Source: Bdellovibrionales bacterium (GTDB taxonomy: Bacteria > Bdellovibrionota > Bdellovibrionia > Bdellovibrionales > UBA1609). From it: a stretch of 64,000 nucleotides of DNA. Where the stretch lies: the NCBI GenBank assembly GCA_965203785.1, contig OZ241911.1, forward strand, positions 672,540-736,539, read 5' to 3'. Each line of letters starts with the position of its first letter. Position 1 is the stretch's first letter. The notes under the pieces were generated by a model that did no database searches, was not told where the DNA came from, and saw only the letters and a list, made by a program, of their open reading frames with translations. Position numbers and translations under genes: made by a program. Of this stretch, positions 35,591 to 45,899 are shown in pieces.

Positions 35591-36947
35591 TAGAAAGCTC
35601 CGGGATTAAAAAAGAAGGTGCTTTTATGGATCCATTGTAGATGACACTATCGTTACCTACTTTTAAAATATTTGAAAACACATCTATAATATTGCCCGAT
35701 ACAGTAAATTCACATAGAGCGGTTCGATGGTTGATGTGATTAGTCCATAAAAAACCCTCTGATTCTATAGAAAAATTACCAGAAGTAGCGTTATAACCTG
35801 CTAATCCTTTAAGCTCATCGATAATAATCCCTTTTGGAAATTCGTTGAGTAAATCTTCAAAAGAATGATTACCCTCTTCCATAATGATATTGGATGCAGA
35901 GGCATGGAGTTCAGTATCTGTTAAATTATCTTGTTTGCTCCATACCGCATGAGCTGTGTGGGAAACATTAAGAGCTTTTGCAAAAAATGAATGAGTAAAA
36001 TAGTTTTTTAAAACTCCTTGTTTAACCACTGTGGTTTTTTGAGAAGGAAAACCCTCTCCGTCAAATGGGCGGGTGTTCCAACCCCAAGGAGCAAAAGGGT
36101 CGTCATTTAAAGTTAATTGATCGGAAAACACTTGTTGATTTAACCGATTGGCTAATAGAGAACGTTTTTCATAAACGGTTTTTCCACTTATGTGTTGTAA
36201 CAATAACGATACTAATGTTGGTGATGCATAAGCAGAATTAAAAATAACAGGATATTTACCAGTTTTAGGAAGCACAAACGATAACTTTTGTAACGATTTT
36301 TTAGCCGATCTTTCACCTAATGTTTTAAAATTAATACCATCATAAGATTTAGCCGTCTGAAGAACCATCCCCTGACTTCGTCTTTGTTTGTCAACGGCCA
36401 GCGAATGACTAAAAGCTAATACTCCGTTCAATCGATAAGAACCTTGATGATGGTTACTGTTTCCGAAATTTACCACAGTCGCTCTGTCAGATGTTTCTGC
36501 ATGAGCTGGTTGAATTTTTTTATCAAAAGAGATAGCACCTTGACTCATTGTTTGTGTTTTTTTAATTTTTTCGGTTAAAGGAATTTTAGAAATACTATCG
36601 TTATATATATCAGAAGAGAGGTCTTTGTATGTCGCTGATGGGCTTAACTCTCCTCGTTGTTTTTTATCAGAAAAAGTTAAACTATACATGGCTTGTTGGT
36701 AACATTCTTTAATGGATTCTTTTTTCAAATTTTTTGTATAAGACACACCGGACTTGTCGCCTTTTAGAACTCGCAAAATAAAATTTTGAGATGTAGAAGC
36801 CGAATAGTTTTTTAATGCGTTTTGTTGAAAAAGAATGTCTGTGCTATCCGTATGATAAATATGACAATCAAATTCCACACCATCTTTTTTAGCTAAAGGG
36901 GAAATCCAATCTATAAATTGACTTGTTTTTTGACTAGTTGCTTGCAT
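35577..36947 (-). CDS. pmbA: PmbA/TldE family metalloprotease partner
   Basis: 456-aa ORF directly downstream of tldD. TldD/PmbA-family C-terminal region (GFLWTN..., FLIPELSIAG). Confidence 0.85.
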   Translation of the reverse strand: MQATSQKTSQFIDWISPLAKKDGVEFDCHIYHTDSTDILFQQNALKNYSASTSQNFILRVLKGDKSGVSYTKNLKKESIKECYQQAMYSLTFSDKKQRGELSPSATYKDLSSDIYNDSISKIPLTEKIKKTQTMSQGAISFDKKIQPAHAETSDRATVVNFGNSNHHQGSYRLNGVLAFSHSLAVDKQRRSQGMVLQTAKSYDGINFKTLGERSAKKSLQKLSFVLPKTGKYPVIFNSAYASPTLVSLLLQHISGKTVYEKRSLLANRLNQQVFSDQLTLNDDPFAPWGWNTRPFDGEGFPSQKTTVVKQGVLKNYFTHSFFAKALNVSHTAHAVWSKQDNLTDTELHASASNIIMEEGNHSFEDLLNEFPKGIIIDELKGLAGYNATSGNFSIESEGFLWTNHINHRTALCEFTVSGNIIDVFSNILKVGNDSVIYNGSIKAPSFLIPELSIAGQ

Positions 36948-36950
36948 TTA

Positions 36951-38372
36951 TTATTTGGCTTTTTTTGCATCAGACTTAACTGCACTATCAGCCCGCCCTC
37001 CAACCGTTAACTGAGATACTAAAATTGGAGGTTGCCCAACAGTTACCGGTACCCATCCACTAACTGATCCACAATGCCCAGGGCTAAGCTCCAAATCAGA
37101 TCCCACTTTAGTTATTTTAGATAAAGTGTCCAAACCATTTCCGATTAAACTGGCTCCTTTAACATATTTATCCAATTTGCCATTTTTAATCAATCGAGCC
37201 GAGTTAACAGAAAAATTATAAGATCCAGTTTCTGGAGTTACAGAACCTCCACCTAAAGTTTCTGCAAACAGTCCGTAGTCGATATCTTTAACCATTTCTT
37301 CTAAAGAAGAATCCCCAGGAGCAATATAAGTGTTTCTCATCCTCGAAGTGGGGGGGTATTTGTAATTTTCTCTTCGAGCACTGCCAGTTATTTTATAAGA
37401 AGTTTTTTGTGATCCCAATTTGTCAGTCATATAATTTTTTAAGATGCCTTTTTCTATCAAAGTGGTTTTTTGTGCTGGTTGCCCTTCGTCATCTGTATTT
37501 AAAAAACCATAGTGCCCCTTTAAAGTGCCATCGTCGTAAGCATTGACACAAGAGTTGGCAACTTGTTTTCCCATTTTGTCTGAAAACACAGATAACTTCT
37601 CAGCTACAGATGTTGTTTCCATACCATGTCCACAAGCTTCATGAAAAATAACTCCGCCAAAGCCCTTATTAATAATGACAGGGAATACTCCAGCAGGAGC
37701 CATGTCTGCAGACAAATTGTTTAAAGCCGTCTTACCTGTTTGCAAAACAGCTTTTCTTAAATCATCTTCTTTAAAAAAACTTTCTGGCTGATCAGATAAA
37801 CCCATTGCATGAGAACCCATTTCTTTCTGCCCTTGATTTTCTGCAATCACTGCTGAACTAAAATATTGATAGGGACGAATGTCTTGCAATAGTAATCCTT
37901 CTGAATTAGCTACTAGGACTGTTTTTTGCACACCTTTAAAACTTAAAATACACTGAGAAACTAAAGAGTTGGAGGACCTTAGTTCAGCATCTAATTTTTG
38001 TAAGATATTTCTTTTTTGCTCTAAGTGAGATTCTTTATAGTATCTCGGAAAGTTTTGAATAAAAGGTGTTCGAAAGGGATCTTCTTGTGTGAAATGTTTT
38101 GTGGGAGGTCTTTTTTTTAAAACTGCTAAATTTCTGACCGCTTGAATTAAATGTGCTTCATCTAAAATATTAGTATGAGTATAGAGTTCATGCTGGTTGT
38201 AAAATAGTCGAATACCCACTCCCATATCCCGACCACACAGGTATTCTGTTTGTTGAGATTTACGCAACACTTTGTAGGCGAGAGATTCTTCAGCGTATAT
38301 CTCACAAAAATCTGCACCTTCTTCTAGACCAGCTTGAATTACATTCTGCAAAACTCTTTTAGAAATCAACAT
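36951..38372 (-). CDS. tldD: TldD metalloprotease
   Basis: HEACGHGME zinc-binding motif characteristic of TldD, with the C-terminal GSVSGWVPVTVGQPPILV region. Confidence 0.9.
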   Translation of the reverse strand: MLISKRVLQNVIQAGLEEGADFCEIYAEESLAYKVLRKSQQTEYLCGRDMGVGIRLFYNQHELYTHTNILDEAHLIQAVRNLAVLKKRPPTKHFTQEDPFRTPFIQNFPRYYKESHLEQKRNILQKLDAELRSSNSLVSQCILSFKGVQKTVLVANSEGLLLQDIRPYQYFSSAVIAENQGQKEMGSHAMGLSDQPESFFKEDDLRKAVLQTGKTALNNLSADMAPAGVFPVIINKGFGGVIFHEACGHGMETTSVAEKLSVFSDKMGKQVANSCVNAYDDGTLKGHYGFLNTDDEGQPAQKTTLIEKGILKNYMTDKLGSQKTSYKITGSARRENYKYPPTSRMRNTYIAPGDSSLEEMVKDIDYGLFAETLGGGSVTPETGSYNFSVNSARLIKNGKLDKYVKGASLIGNGLDTLSKITKVGSDLELSPGHCGSVSGWVPVTVGQPPILVSQLTVGGRADSAVKSDAKKAK

Positions 38373-38426
38373 ATTGAGTTAGAAAATAACACATTAAAGA
38401 GTAAAAAAAAATGATATAATACTTTA

Positions 38427-40346
38427 TTGATGAAAAAAATTGGAATTTTAAGCTTTATTTTGATTGGTTTTATTTTTGTTTTTTGGACCATGTTTTCAGA
38501 AAAGACGGGGTCTTTGTTAATAAAACCCAATTTTGGAACTGTCAATTCTGCAAATGAGCTAAATTCAGTTGGTAAACTTTTCAGAACATTACCTGTGCAG
38601 GCTGGAGGACGCATTCAGCCTTATGATAGCTTTGCACAAAATACTTTACGAGATATTTACGGTAAAACAACCTTTAATGGGCATCTAGCTGTAGAAGTTT
38701 TATTATCGTGGATGCTTATCCCAGGTTATTGGGATCAATTAGCATTTGTGCAAGTGCAATCAGCTAGCTTAAAAAAAGCTTTAAAATTAGACTTACACAA
38801 AAGATTTTTTTCTCCACTTGAGCTTTTAAGCAATAGAGATTTTATTCGAGAATTAGATGAACTCAAAGTCAGAGAAAGTCGTAAAGAGTCTTTAAGTGGA
38901 TATTTTAAGCATTTAAGCCGTTTAAAAAATCGTCTTTTAGTTTATCAAATGTTTCAAAAAGGGGAAATCCCTAAATGGTTTCCTAAACCTATTAAAAAAA
39001 ATCCAACACAATACAATTCCAATTGGCTTTCTTTAGCCGAGCAGGCTCGAGCTGTCAAACAAGTAGATAGTTCTTTATCTAATCGTAAAAAACAGATGGC
39101 AATGTATAAAGCCTTTCAAGACATGATATCTTTGTATGTGTTTTTTATATCTAAAGGTGTCAACGATCAGTCTAAGGGAATCAACGATCAATCTAAGGGT
39201 CAGCCAAAGGGGGTAGACAATCAGTCAAAAAATGAGCAATTGACAAATGAGCAACTTAAAAAAAAGCAACAGAATCTAAAATTCCAAGTTCAACATTTTA
39301 AGCAATTAGTACTTAATGCAGATCCTTCTTACAGTCGATTACTTTCGAATATAAAATGGGAAGTGCATTATAATAGTTTAAATTCTTTTCGATGGGCTTG
39401 GATGTTTTATTTATTCGGTTTAGTGTTATTATTTTTGTTATTTTTTATTTTTCGGTATTTTATACAAAATTTTGTGCAAAAAAAATCTGCATTGGATTTA
39501 AAAAACAAGTTATGGAGTTGGAAGTTATCGACTATCCCTTTAGTGTTTTTAATTGGGGGTTTTTTGTGGCATAGCTACGGTATCATTTTGCGATCCATCA
39601 TTATGTTGAGACCTCCCGTAACCAACATGTACGAGACAGTCATTTGGATCCCTTGGGTTAGTATGGTGTTAGGTAGTTTTTTGTGGTTACAGAAAAACTT
39701 TTTTTCAGCTTTTGTATGTTCTTCTGTGTTAGCTTGTTTTTGTTTATTGTTGACCGATTTTACAGACCCTTCTTTATTAGATGGTCGATTGCAACCTCTA
39801 TCAGCTGTATTAAATTCTAATTTTTGGCTAGCAACTCATGTGTTGGTGATTACCATGAGTTATGCCGCTTTTTTTCTGGCTTTTGTTTTAGGTGATGGAG
39901 TGTTGTATTTATTTTTTAGAGGGGAACCAGCACATAAAGTACTGATTAAAAAATATATTCAGGCAATTGATCGCTCTATTCAGGTGGGAGTAGTTTTATT
40001 ATTTGTTGGCACTGTGTTGGGGGGAATTTGGGCAGATTACTCTTGGGGTCGGTTTTGGGGTTGGGACCCTAAAGAAACATGGGCTTTAATTAGTTTATTA
40101 GGTTATTTGGCTTTACTACATGGTCGCTTAGTTGGTTGGATCAAAGATTTTGGAATGGCAGTCGGGTCAGTTTTGATTTTTTTTCTGATTATTATGGCGT
40201 GGTATGGAGTGAATTATGTATTAGGTCAAGGTCTACATTCGTATGGTTTTGGCTCTGGAGGAGCAGAGTATGTGGCTGGTTTTGTGTTAGTGCATCTTGT
40301 CTATGTTGTATGGGTATGGACTTTTCGCCATCGAGTCACTCGCTAG
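38427..40346 (+). CDS. ccsA: cytochrome c assembly protein, CcsA/ResC family (System II) with long N-terminal extension
   Basis: Trp-rich haem-handling motif WGRFWGWDPKETWALI and polytopic C-terminal half. The extension contains a 7-aa tandem repeat KG(V/I)NDQS. Confidence 0.8.
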   Translation: MMKKIGILSFILIGFIFVFWTMFSEKTGSLLIKPNFGTVNSANELNSVGKLFRTLPVQAGGRIQPYDSFAQNTLRDIYGKTTFNGHLAVEVLLSWMLIPGYWDQLAFVQVQSASLKKALKLDLHKRFFSPLELLSNRDFIRELDELKVRESRKESLSGYFKHLSRLKNRLLVYQMFQKGEIPKWFPKPIKKNPTQYNSNWLSLAEQARAVKQVDSSLSNRKKQMAMYKAFQDMISLYVFFISKGVNDQSKGINDQSKGQPKGVDNQSKNEQLTNEQLKKKQQNLKFQVQHFKQLVLNADPSYSRLLSNIKWEVHYNSLNSFRWAWMFYLFGLVLLFLLFFIFRYFIQNFVQKKSALDLKNKLWSWKLSTIPLVFLIGGFLWHSYGIILRSIIMLRPPVTNMYETVIWIPWVSMVLGSFLWLQKNFFSAFVCSSVLACFCLLLTDFTDPSLLDGRLQPLSAVLNSNFWLATHVLVITMSYAAFFLAFVLGDGVLYLFFRGEPAHKVLIKKYIQAIDRSIQVGVVLLFVGTVLGGIWADYSWGRFWGWDPKETWALISLLGYLALLHGRLVGWIKDFGMAVGSVLIFFLIIMAWYGVNYVLGQGLHSYGFGSGGAEYVAGFVLVHLVYVVWVWTFRHRVTR

Positions 40347-40402
40347 TTAGTTTCTATTAGTCGCAATAAAATTAATCGTAAAGTTTTAAGAAAAATTTAA
40401 AA

Positions 40403-41755
40403 TTAATTTTTATAAAGGATTTTAAATTCTTTAGGGTTAATTTTGTATTTTTTAAGCCGACCATACAAGGTACTGGGAGGAATATTTAATTCTTCGGCTA
40501 CTCTTATCTGACTACCTCTGTGATGGGTAAGACATTTAACAATGGTGTCTTTTTCGATCTGTTCGATGGTTGATTTTTTATCAGCAGAATTATTTAATTT
40601 ATCTTTTATTAGATCCATTGGATGGGTTGTATTTGTATCAGTTGGGCTTTTTAGTGAACTATTTTTAGATAGAAAATCAGGAGTGTTAATCAGTTGTTGC
40701 ATGTGGTGGGAGTCGATGGTTTTTTCAGGGTAGATAGCTCGTGCCCTAGCGACTGTATTTTTTAATTCTCTAATGTTACCCGGCCAATTATATTGTTTAA
40801 GAATTGCTAACGCTTGATCAGAAAACCCTGTGTTGTATTCGGAACAGAAAAACTCTAACAAAGCTTCGAAGTCTTCCATTCTGTCTTTGAGAGCAGGTGG
40901 TTCTAATGTTAAAACATTTAAACGAAAATATAAATCTGATCGAAAAGTTTTTTGTGAAACTTTAAGAGGTAAATTTTGATGGGTGGCGGCAATAATTCGT
41001 ACATCTGTTTTAATTGTATGGTCTGAACCAACTGGTTTAACTTCTTGATATTCGATGGCTCTTAATAATTTGGGTTGAAGATGCAAAGGTAGATCCCCAA
41101 TCTCATCTAAAAATAAAGATCCTCCTTTAGCAGCTACAAATGCTCCCTTTCTGTCTGTTAAAGCCCCTGTATAGCTACCCTTAATATGTCCAAAAAATTC
41201 GCTTTCTATTAATGTTTCAGATAAAGCTCCACAGTTAATAGAAATCATTGGTCCCTTGTTTCGATGAGAATAGCGATGAATGAGCGTAGCCAACATTTCT
41301 TTTCCCGTTCCAGAAGGACCTGTAATTAAAACGGGCAAAGAATTTTGAGCCATGTTAGGTAAAGTGTTTAATTGGGATTTCCATGATGGATTGTTACTCT
41401 GAGTGTGAATGTTGCGTTGGATTTCAAATCGTTCAAACGAGAAAGTAAATTCTTTTTTCCCAATCTGAATGCGATCATTATTTTTTAAAAGAGCTTTAAA
41501 AATTCGACTTCCATTAAGAAATGTTCCATTTCGGCTGTTCATGTCTATTAAAATAAAACCTTCATTTTCTTTTTTCTGAATTCGACAATGCCGGCGAGAA
41601 GCAAAATCGTCCTCTAAAGAAATTATATTTTCTTTATCCCTACCTATACTAATAAACGAATTAATCTCTCTTTGTTCTACGCGAGAGCTCTCTTGCCAAT
41701 GTAAAAAACCATACATTGGTTGCTTTTTTGTTATAGATAACTTTTGGGTTAACAT
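40403..41755 (-). CDS. sigma-54-dependent transcriptional activator with N-terminal FHA domain
   Basis: FHA: ISIGRDKENIISLEDDFASRRHCRI...NSRNGTFLNG. AAA+: LITGPSGTGKEMLA, GGSLFLDEIGDLP, ESEFFGH, GSYTGA. C-terminal Fis-type HTH. Confidence 0.9.
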   Translation of the reverse strand: MLTQKLSITKKQPMYGFLHWQESSRVEQREINSFISIGRDKENIISLEDDFASRRHCRIQKKENEGFILIDMNSRNGTFLNGSRIFKALLKNNDRIQIGKKEFTFSFERFEIQRNIHTQSNNPSWKSQLNTLPNMAQNSLPVLITGPSGTGKEMLATLIHRYSHRNKGPMISINCGALSETLIESEFFGHIKGSYTGALTDRKGAFVAAKGGSLFLDEIGDLPLHLQPKLLRAIEYQEVKPVGSDHTIKTDVRIIAATHQNLPLKVSQKTFRSDLYFRLNVLTLEPPALKDRMEDFEALLEFFCSEYNTGFSDQALAILKQYNWPGNIRELKNTVARARAIYPEKTIDSHHMQQLINTPDFLSKNSSLKSPTDTNTTHPMDLIKDKLNNSADKKSTIEQIEKDTIVKCLTHHRGSQIRVAEELNIPPSTLYGRLKKYKINPKEFKILYKN

Positions 41756-41887
41756 TTTAAGCTTCCTTTTTACCTTTGGTATGCCCTTATTGTGTTAACT
41801 CTTTAAAGCAAAATTGAGACCCACTACACAAATGGCTAAAAAAGGGCTTTTTTGCCCAAAGCTTAAGTTATTAAATTTAAAAAATTC

Positions 41888-41903
41888 GAAAATTCGAATT
41901 TTC
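41888..41903. promoter_or_regulatory. perfect 16-bp palindrome GAAAATTCGAATTTTC in divergent intergenic region
   Basis: Read directly. Lies between the sigma-54 activator gene and the Omp85-like gene. Function unknown. Confidence 0.3.
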
Positions 41904-42028
41904 AGGTGTTTTATGGAATTTTTGGCAGAAAGATGCAAGAACTTAGCTTTATGTGTCATTTTAATCTATTGGGGTTTATTTTTAAGACACAGGGTATTAA
42001 AACAGGCATGACAAAATAGTTAGAATTT

Positions 42029-43243
42029 GTGAGCTTAGAATTTGTGAAAATTAAATTTGTTAAAAAAAATATTTTTCTATTTTTAACTGTTACTTGGTGT
42101 ATGAGCTGGTGGAGTCCAATGGTGTTTGGGGCGGAAGACCCAGTTGTCCAGCAGGGCAAATCAGTGCAGTTGGAGTTATCAAAGTTAGATGGGGTGGAGT
42201 CTTCAGACCAGTTATTGTCAGCTGATGAAGTAGAAGTTTCCTCACAATCCGAACAATCCGAACAATCAGATGTAACTTCTGTTCCGACTTGGTTTTTATC
42301 TCGGAGAGATGCCTCTCAAAAGTGGGCGATTATTCCTTCTCCTTCTCGAAACGACACTTATGGTTATATGGGGAGTTTAAGGGGTTTTATTTATCCCACT
42401 CGTCCGATTGGTTATTATACAGCTGTTAGTGTGACGGGTAGTGAGAACGGTTTTTGGTCAGTGGATGGTTCTTATCAAAGCTGGAAAGAAAATGGAGATC
42501 AATGGGATTTCTATGTGTTGTACGACGGCTTTAGCGATCCTTATTATGGGGAGGGGCATTTTACCAAAGTGGATGATTTTCAATATCTTTCGTCTAATAA
42601 AGTAAGTGTTCATCTACAATATCTTTTCAATTTGGGGTGGTTTTTATATGGAGGAGCTTTTACAGGGTTTCAATATAGGGAGGAGGATAGTCTTCAACCA
42701 AAATTCCCTACTGAGCATGCTTTATTAGTTGGTCTTTTACTTTATTATGATTCTCGAAACGATTTATTTGATCCCACCGAGGGAGAGTATTATTCAGTTC
42801 GCTCTTGGTTGTTGGCACAGACTCGAACTCCCTTGTTTTTAGATGGAAGTATTCAATTATTTTTTCCTGTATTGTCTCGAGTTGTTTTGGCTCAACATGG
42901 GAAAATGGGATTAACGCTTTTAGAACCATCGAGTTACTTATTTCGTTTTAAATTGGGTGGAACACAAACTTTGCGAGGTTTTCGATTTAATCGATTTCGT
43001 GGAGAAAATTATTACTTATCTCAAACAGAGGTAAGAGTTTCGCTGTTTCGATTTTTAACTTTAGCTGTGTTTTGCGATCTTGGATCTGCAGATGATAATG
43101 TTTTTACTTTATCTCCGCATATCTCTTATGGAGGTGGAGTGCGTTTAGGCCTACCACCTAATTATAATCAAAAAATCAGAATAGAGTGGGGCTTTGGAGA
43201 AGATCAAACCAACTGGATGATTGCTTTTGCTCACCCTTTTTAA
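42029..43243 (+). CDS. Omp85/surface-antigen (D15) family outer-membrane beta-barrel protein
   Basis: Signal peptide, the GGTQTLRGFRFNRFRGENY motif typical of Bac_surface_Ag barrels, and a C-terminal ...AFAHPF ending in Phe. Confidence 0.7.
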   Translation: MSLEFVKIKFVKKNIFLFLTVTWCMSWWSPMVFGAEDPVVQQGKSVQLELSKLDGVESSDQLLSADEVEVSSQSEQSEQSDVTSVPTWFLSRRDASQKWAIIPSPSRNDTYGYMGSLRGFIYPTRPIGYYTAVSVTGSENGFWSVDGSYQSWKENGDQWDFYVLYDGFSDPYYGEGHFTKVDDFQYLSSNKVSVHLQYLFNLGWFLYGGAFTGFQYREEDSLQPKFPTEHALLVGLLLYYDSRNDLFDPTEGEYYSVRSWLLAQTRTPLFLDGSIQLFFPVLSRVVLAQHGKMGLTLLEPSSYLFRFKLGGTQTLRGFRFNRFRGENYYLSQTEVRVSLFRFLTLAVFCDLGSADDNVFTLSPHISYGGGVRLGLPPNYNQKIRIEWGFGEDQTNWMIAFAHPF

Positions 43244-43337
43244 TATAAAAAGCTTTAGTTTAAAAAAAGTACAAAAAATTAAAAAAGGAATTAGGGACAT
43301 TTATGGGAATCAGGGGAATTAAGGGAATGAGAGGATA

Positions 43338-45029
43338 TTGAAAGGCAAAAATCAAAAATTTATTTTTATTACGGGTGGTGTTGTATCTTCTTTAGGGAAG
43401 GGCTTGTTATCTGCCAGTTTGGGTGCGTTACTCGAAGCACGTCGTTACACACTATCTTTAATTAAATGTGATCCTTATTTAAATGTTGACCCTGGCACAA
43501 TGTCTCCGTTTCAGCATGGAGAAGTTTATGTGACGCGAGATGGGGCAGAAACAGACATGGATTTAGGGCATTATGAGCGATTTACTCAAGCTCCATTAGG
43601 GCGGGATAATAGTATTACTGCTGGGCAAATTTATGAAAGCGTGATTTTAAAAGAAAGGAATGGCAAGTATTTAGGTCATACTGTTCAGGTAATTCCTCAT
43701 ATTACAGATGAGATTAAATCTCGTCTGCACAAAACGGCCGATTCTTCAGAAATAGTGATTGTGGAAATTGGAGGAACTGTCGGAGATATTGAAAGCTTGC
43801 CCTTTATTGAAGCCATTCGACAGATGCGGGTAGATTTAGGTACAGAACACACAGCTTTTGTGCATCTCACATTGGTCCCTTATGTGCCATCAGCTGGAGA
43901 AATTAAAAGTAAACCTACTCAGCACTCGGTTAAAGCTCTCCGGGAGGTGGGTATTCAGCCAGATTTTTTGATTTGCCGGAGTAATCATACGATTTCTGAC
44001 ACAGTGAAAAATAAAATCGCTCTATTTTGTAGTGTTCAGCCAGATAATGTCATTACAGCTCCAGATGTGGAGGTGATTTATGAACTTCCTTTGTTTTTAC
44101 AGAAAGAAAATTTTGACCAAAAAATAGTCAGTCGGCTATCTCTCACCAATCGCCCATCTCAGATGTCTCAGTGGAAAAAAATGATCTCTGTGATCAAAAA
44201 TCCGGAGCATCAAGTGTCGATTGGTGTGGTTGGTAAATATGTGGAATTAAAAGATAGCTATCAGTCTATTCATGAGGCTTTAGTGCATGGAGGAATTGCT
44301 AACAAAGTGGGCGTTAATATTTGTTATATTGATTCGGAAACAATCACGCCAGAAAATATCAATCAAAAATTAAAAAAGTTGGGAGGAGTGTTAATTCCGG
44401 GAGGTTTTGGTGAACGAGGAGTCCAAGGGAAAATCTCCACTGTTTGTTATGCGAGAGAAAATCAAATTCCTTTTTTAGGAATTTGTTTTGGAATGCAAAT
44501 TGCGATTTTAGAGTTTGCTCGTAACAAGTGTTTGATTAGCAATCCAGTTAGTCGAGAATTCCAATCTTCTTCTACTAAAAATTCTTCAGATAATGTTGTG
44601 ATTGACTACTTAGATGGACAGGCAATTAATGGTTATAAAGGGGGTAGTATGCGATTGGGTGTACTCCCATGTTACTTGAAAGAAAACAGTCGAATTCGGG
44701 AAATGTATGGGGGGAAAAACTGTATATATGAAAGACACCGACACCGTTTTCAGTTTAACAATCAGTTCAAAAAATTATTCGAAAAACATGGGATGTCCGT
44801 ATCGGGTGTAGATTCTAAAGACACATTGGAGGTTGTAGAAATTAAAGATCATCCTTGGTTTTTTGGAGTTCAGTTCCACCCCGAATTTCAGTCTAAACCT
44901 CTTAAACCTCATTGTTTATTTTCCAGTTTTGTTTGTGCAGTTTTAGAAGCTAATTCAACCGCTCCATGTAAAATTAAATCGAAACAAAGTTCTACTTATT
45001 CATTGACTGCTCCAGTTGGTAACTCTTAA
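43338..45029 (+). CDS. pyrG: CTP synthase
   Basis: KFIFITGGVVSSLGKG N-terminus and glutamine amidotransferase motifs (GICFGMQ, HRHRF, VQFHPEF). Confidence 0.95.
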   Translation: MKGKNQKFIFITGGVVSSLGKGLLSASLGALLEARRYTLSLIKCDPYLNVDPGTMSPFQHGEVYVTRDGAETDMDLGHYERFTQAPLGRDNSITAGQIYESVILKERNGKYLGHTVQVIPHITDEIKSRLHKTADSSEIVIVEIGGTVGDIESLPFIEAIRQMRVDLGTEHTAFVHLTLVPYVPSAGEIKSKPTQHSVKALREVGIQPDFLICRSNHTISDTVKNKIALFCSVQPDNVITAPDVEVIYELPLFLQKENFDQKIVSRLSLTNRPSQMSQWKKMISVIKNPEHQVSIGVVGKYVELKDSYQSIHEALVHGGIANKVGVNICYIDSETITPENINQKLKKLGGVLIPGGFGERGVQGKISTVCYARENQIPFLGICFGMQIAILEFARNKCLISNPVSREFQSSSTKNSSDNVVIDYLDGQAINGYKGGSMRLGVLPCYLKENSRIREMYGGKNCIYERHRHRFQFNNQFKKLFEKHGMSVSGVDSKDTLEVVEIKDHPWFFGVQFHPEFQSKPLKPHCLFSSFVCAVLEANSTAPCKIKSKQSSTYSLTAPVGNS

Positions 45030-45040
45030 AGTTTCCCATA

Positions 45041-45889
45041 ATGTTTTTCATAAAAAAAATTATCGCTCACAATTTCTGGATGGATCGCTTCTTCTTACTT
45101 TCAGGTGTTGTATGTTTGTCGATGGGTTTTTCTTCTCTTGCATTTTCTGCTATGGTGCATTTTCCGGACGAAGAATTAGCTTCAGAGTATGTCTTCCCCA
45201 TATTTGATAATCCTCAAGCGGTATTAGATCGCAATGTGAGTTTGACTAAGCGATTTGAGTGGATGGTAATGGCTGGGTTGCGAATTGATGAACCTTTGTA
45301 TCATTCTTTGGGTTTATCTAGTTCTGTTGCTTTTTATTGGAATGAATTTAGTGGCATTGGGGTATCGGGTTTATTTTTTATGCCAGGTCTTTCTCCCACT
45401 GGTAAAAAATTACAAGCAACTGGTATCGAAGTGAAAAAAAAAACAACACACAAAGAGACGCAAGAAATTGTCACAACCAGTAAAGTTATATTTTTTGACG
45501 CATTGTTAGCTCCTCGTCCTTTATTTGGAGCTTTTGCCAATTATTATTTTTCTCCTTTGTATGGAAAAATCAGTGTTACCAAAACAATTGTTTTTAATTT
45601 TAGTTTGTATTCTTTTTTTGGTTTGGGAATGATTGCTTTTCGACACAATTCGGAAATGGTTATGAATCCAGCTGGTCACTTAGGTATTGGACAAAAGATA
45701 TATTTTAATCGTTGGGTGGGTTTTAATGTGGGAATTGATTTATTATCTTATAGAGGGCCTAATCCTATTTCTAAATCAGTTGTTCGAACAAATAATGAAT
45801 CGAGAGGTGCAGCTCTTCAATATAGTCAATTTAAAAAAGATATTTTTATAAGATTTTTGGTTCGTGCTGGGTTGGTTATTTTATTATAG
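45041..45889 (+). CDS. putative outer-membrane beta-barrel protein (GltA/GltB-like by context)
   Basis: Signal-like N-terminus and alternating hydrophobic beta-strand pattern. Paralogous to the next ORF (shared YGKI(S/A) motif). First gene of the gliding-like cluster. Confidence 0.5.
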   Translation: MFFIKKIIAHNFWMDRFFLLSGVVCLSMGFSSLAFSAMVHFPDEELASEYVFPIFDNPQAVLDRNVSLTKRFEWMVMAGLRIDEPLYHSLGLSSSVAFYWNEFSGIGVSGLFFMPGLSPTGKKLQATGIEVKKKTTHKETQEIVTTSKVIFFDALLAPRPLFGAFANYYFSPLYGKISVTKTIVFNFSLYSFFGLGMIAFRHNSEMVMNPAGHLGIGQKIYFNRWVGFNVGIDLLSYRGPNPISKSVVRTNNESRGAALQYSQFKKDIFIRFLVRAGLVILL

Positions 45890-45899
45890 TGGGATAAGA

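Noticed and set aside
38366-38614. 82-aa minus-strand ORF overlapping the tldD start and the ccsA-like start
   Set aside because: It spans a divergent promoter region and overlaps two well-supported genes. Low-complexity translation.
41922-41936. sigma-54 promoter-like TGGCAG-N5-TGCA upstream of the Omp85-like gene
   Set aside because: GG and GC are separated by 9 nt rather than the canonical 10. I keep it only as a note in the activator finding, not as a feature.
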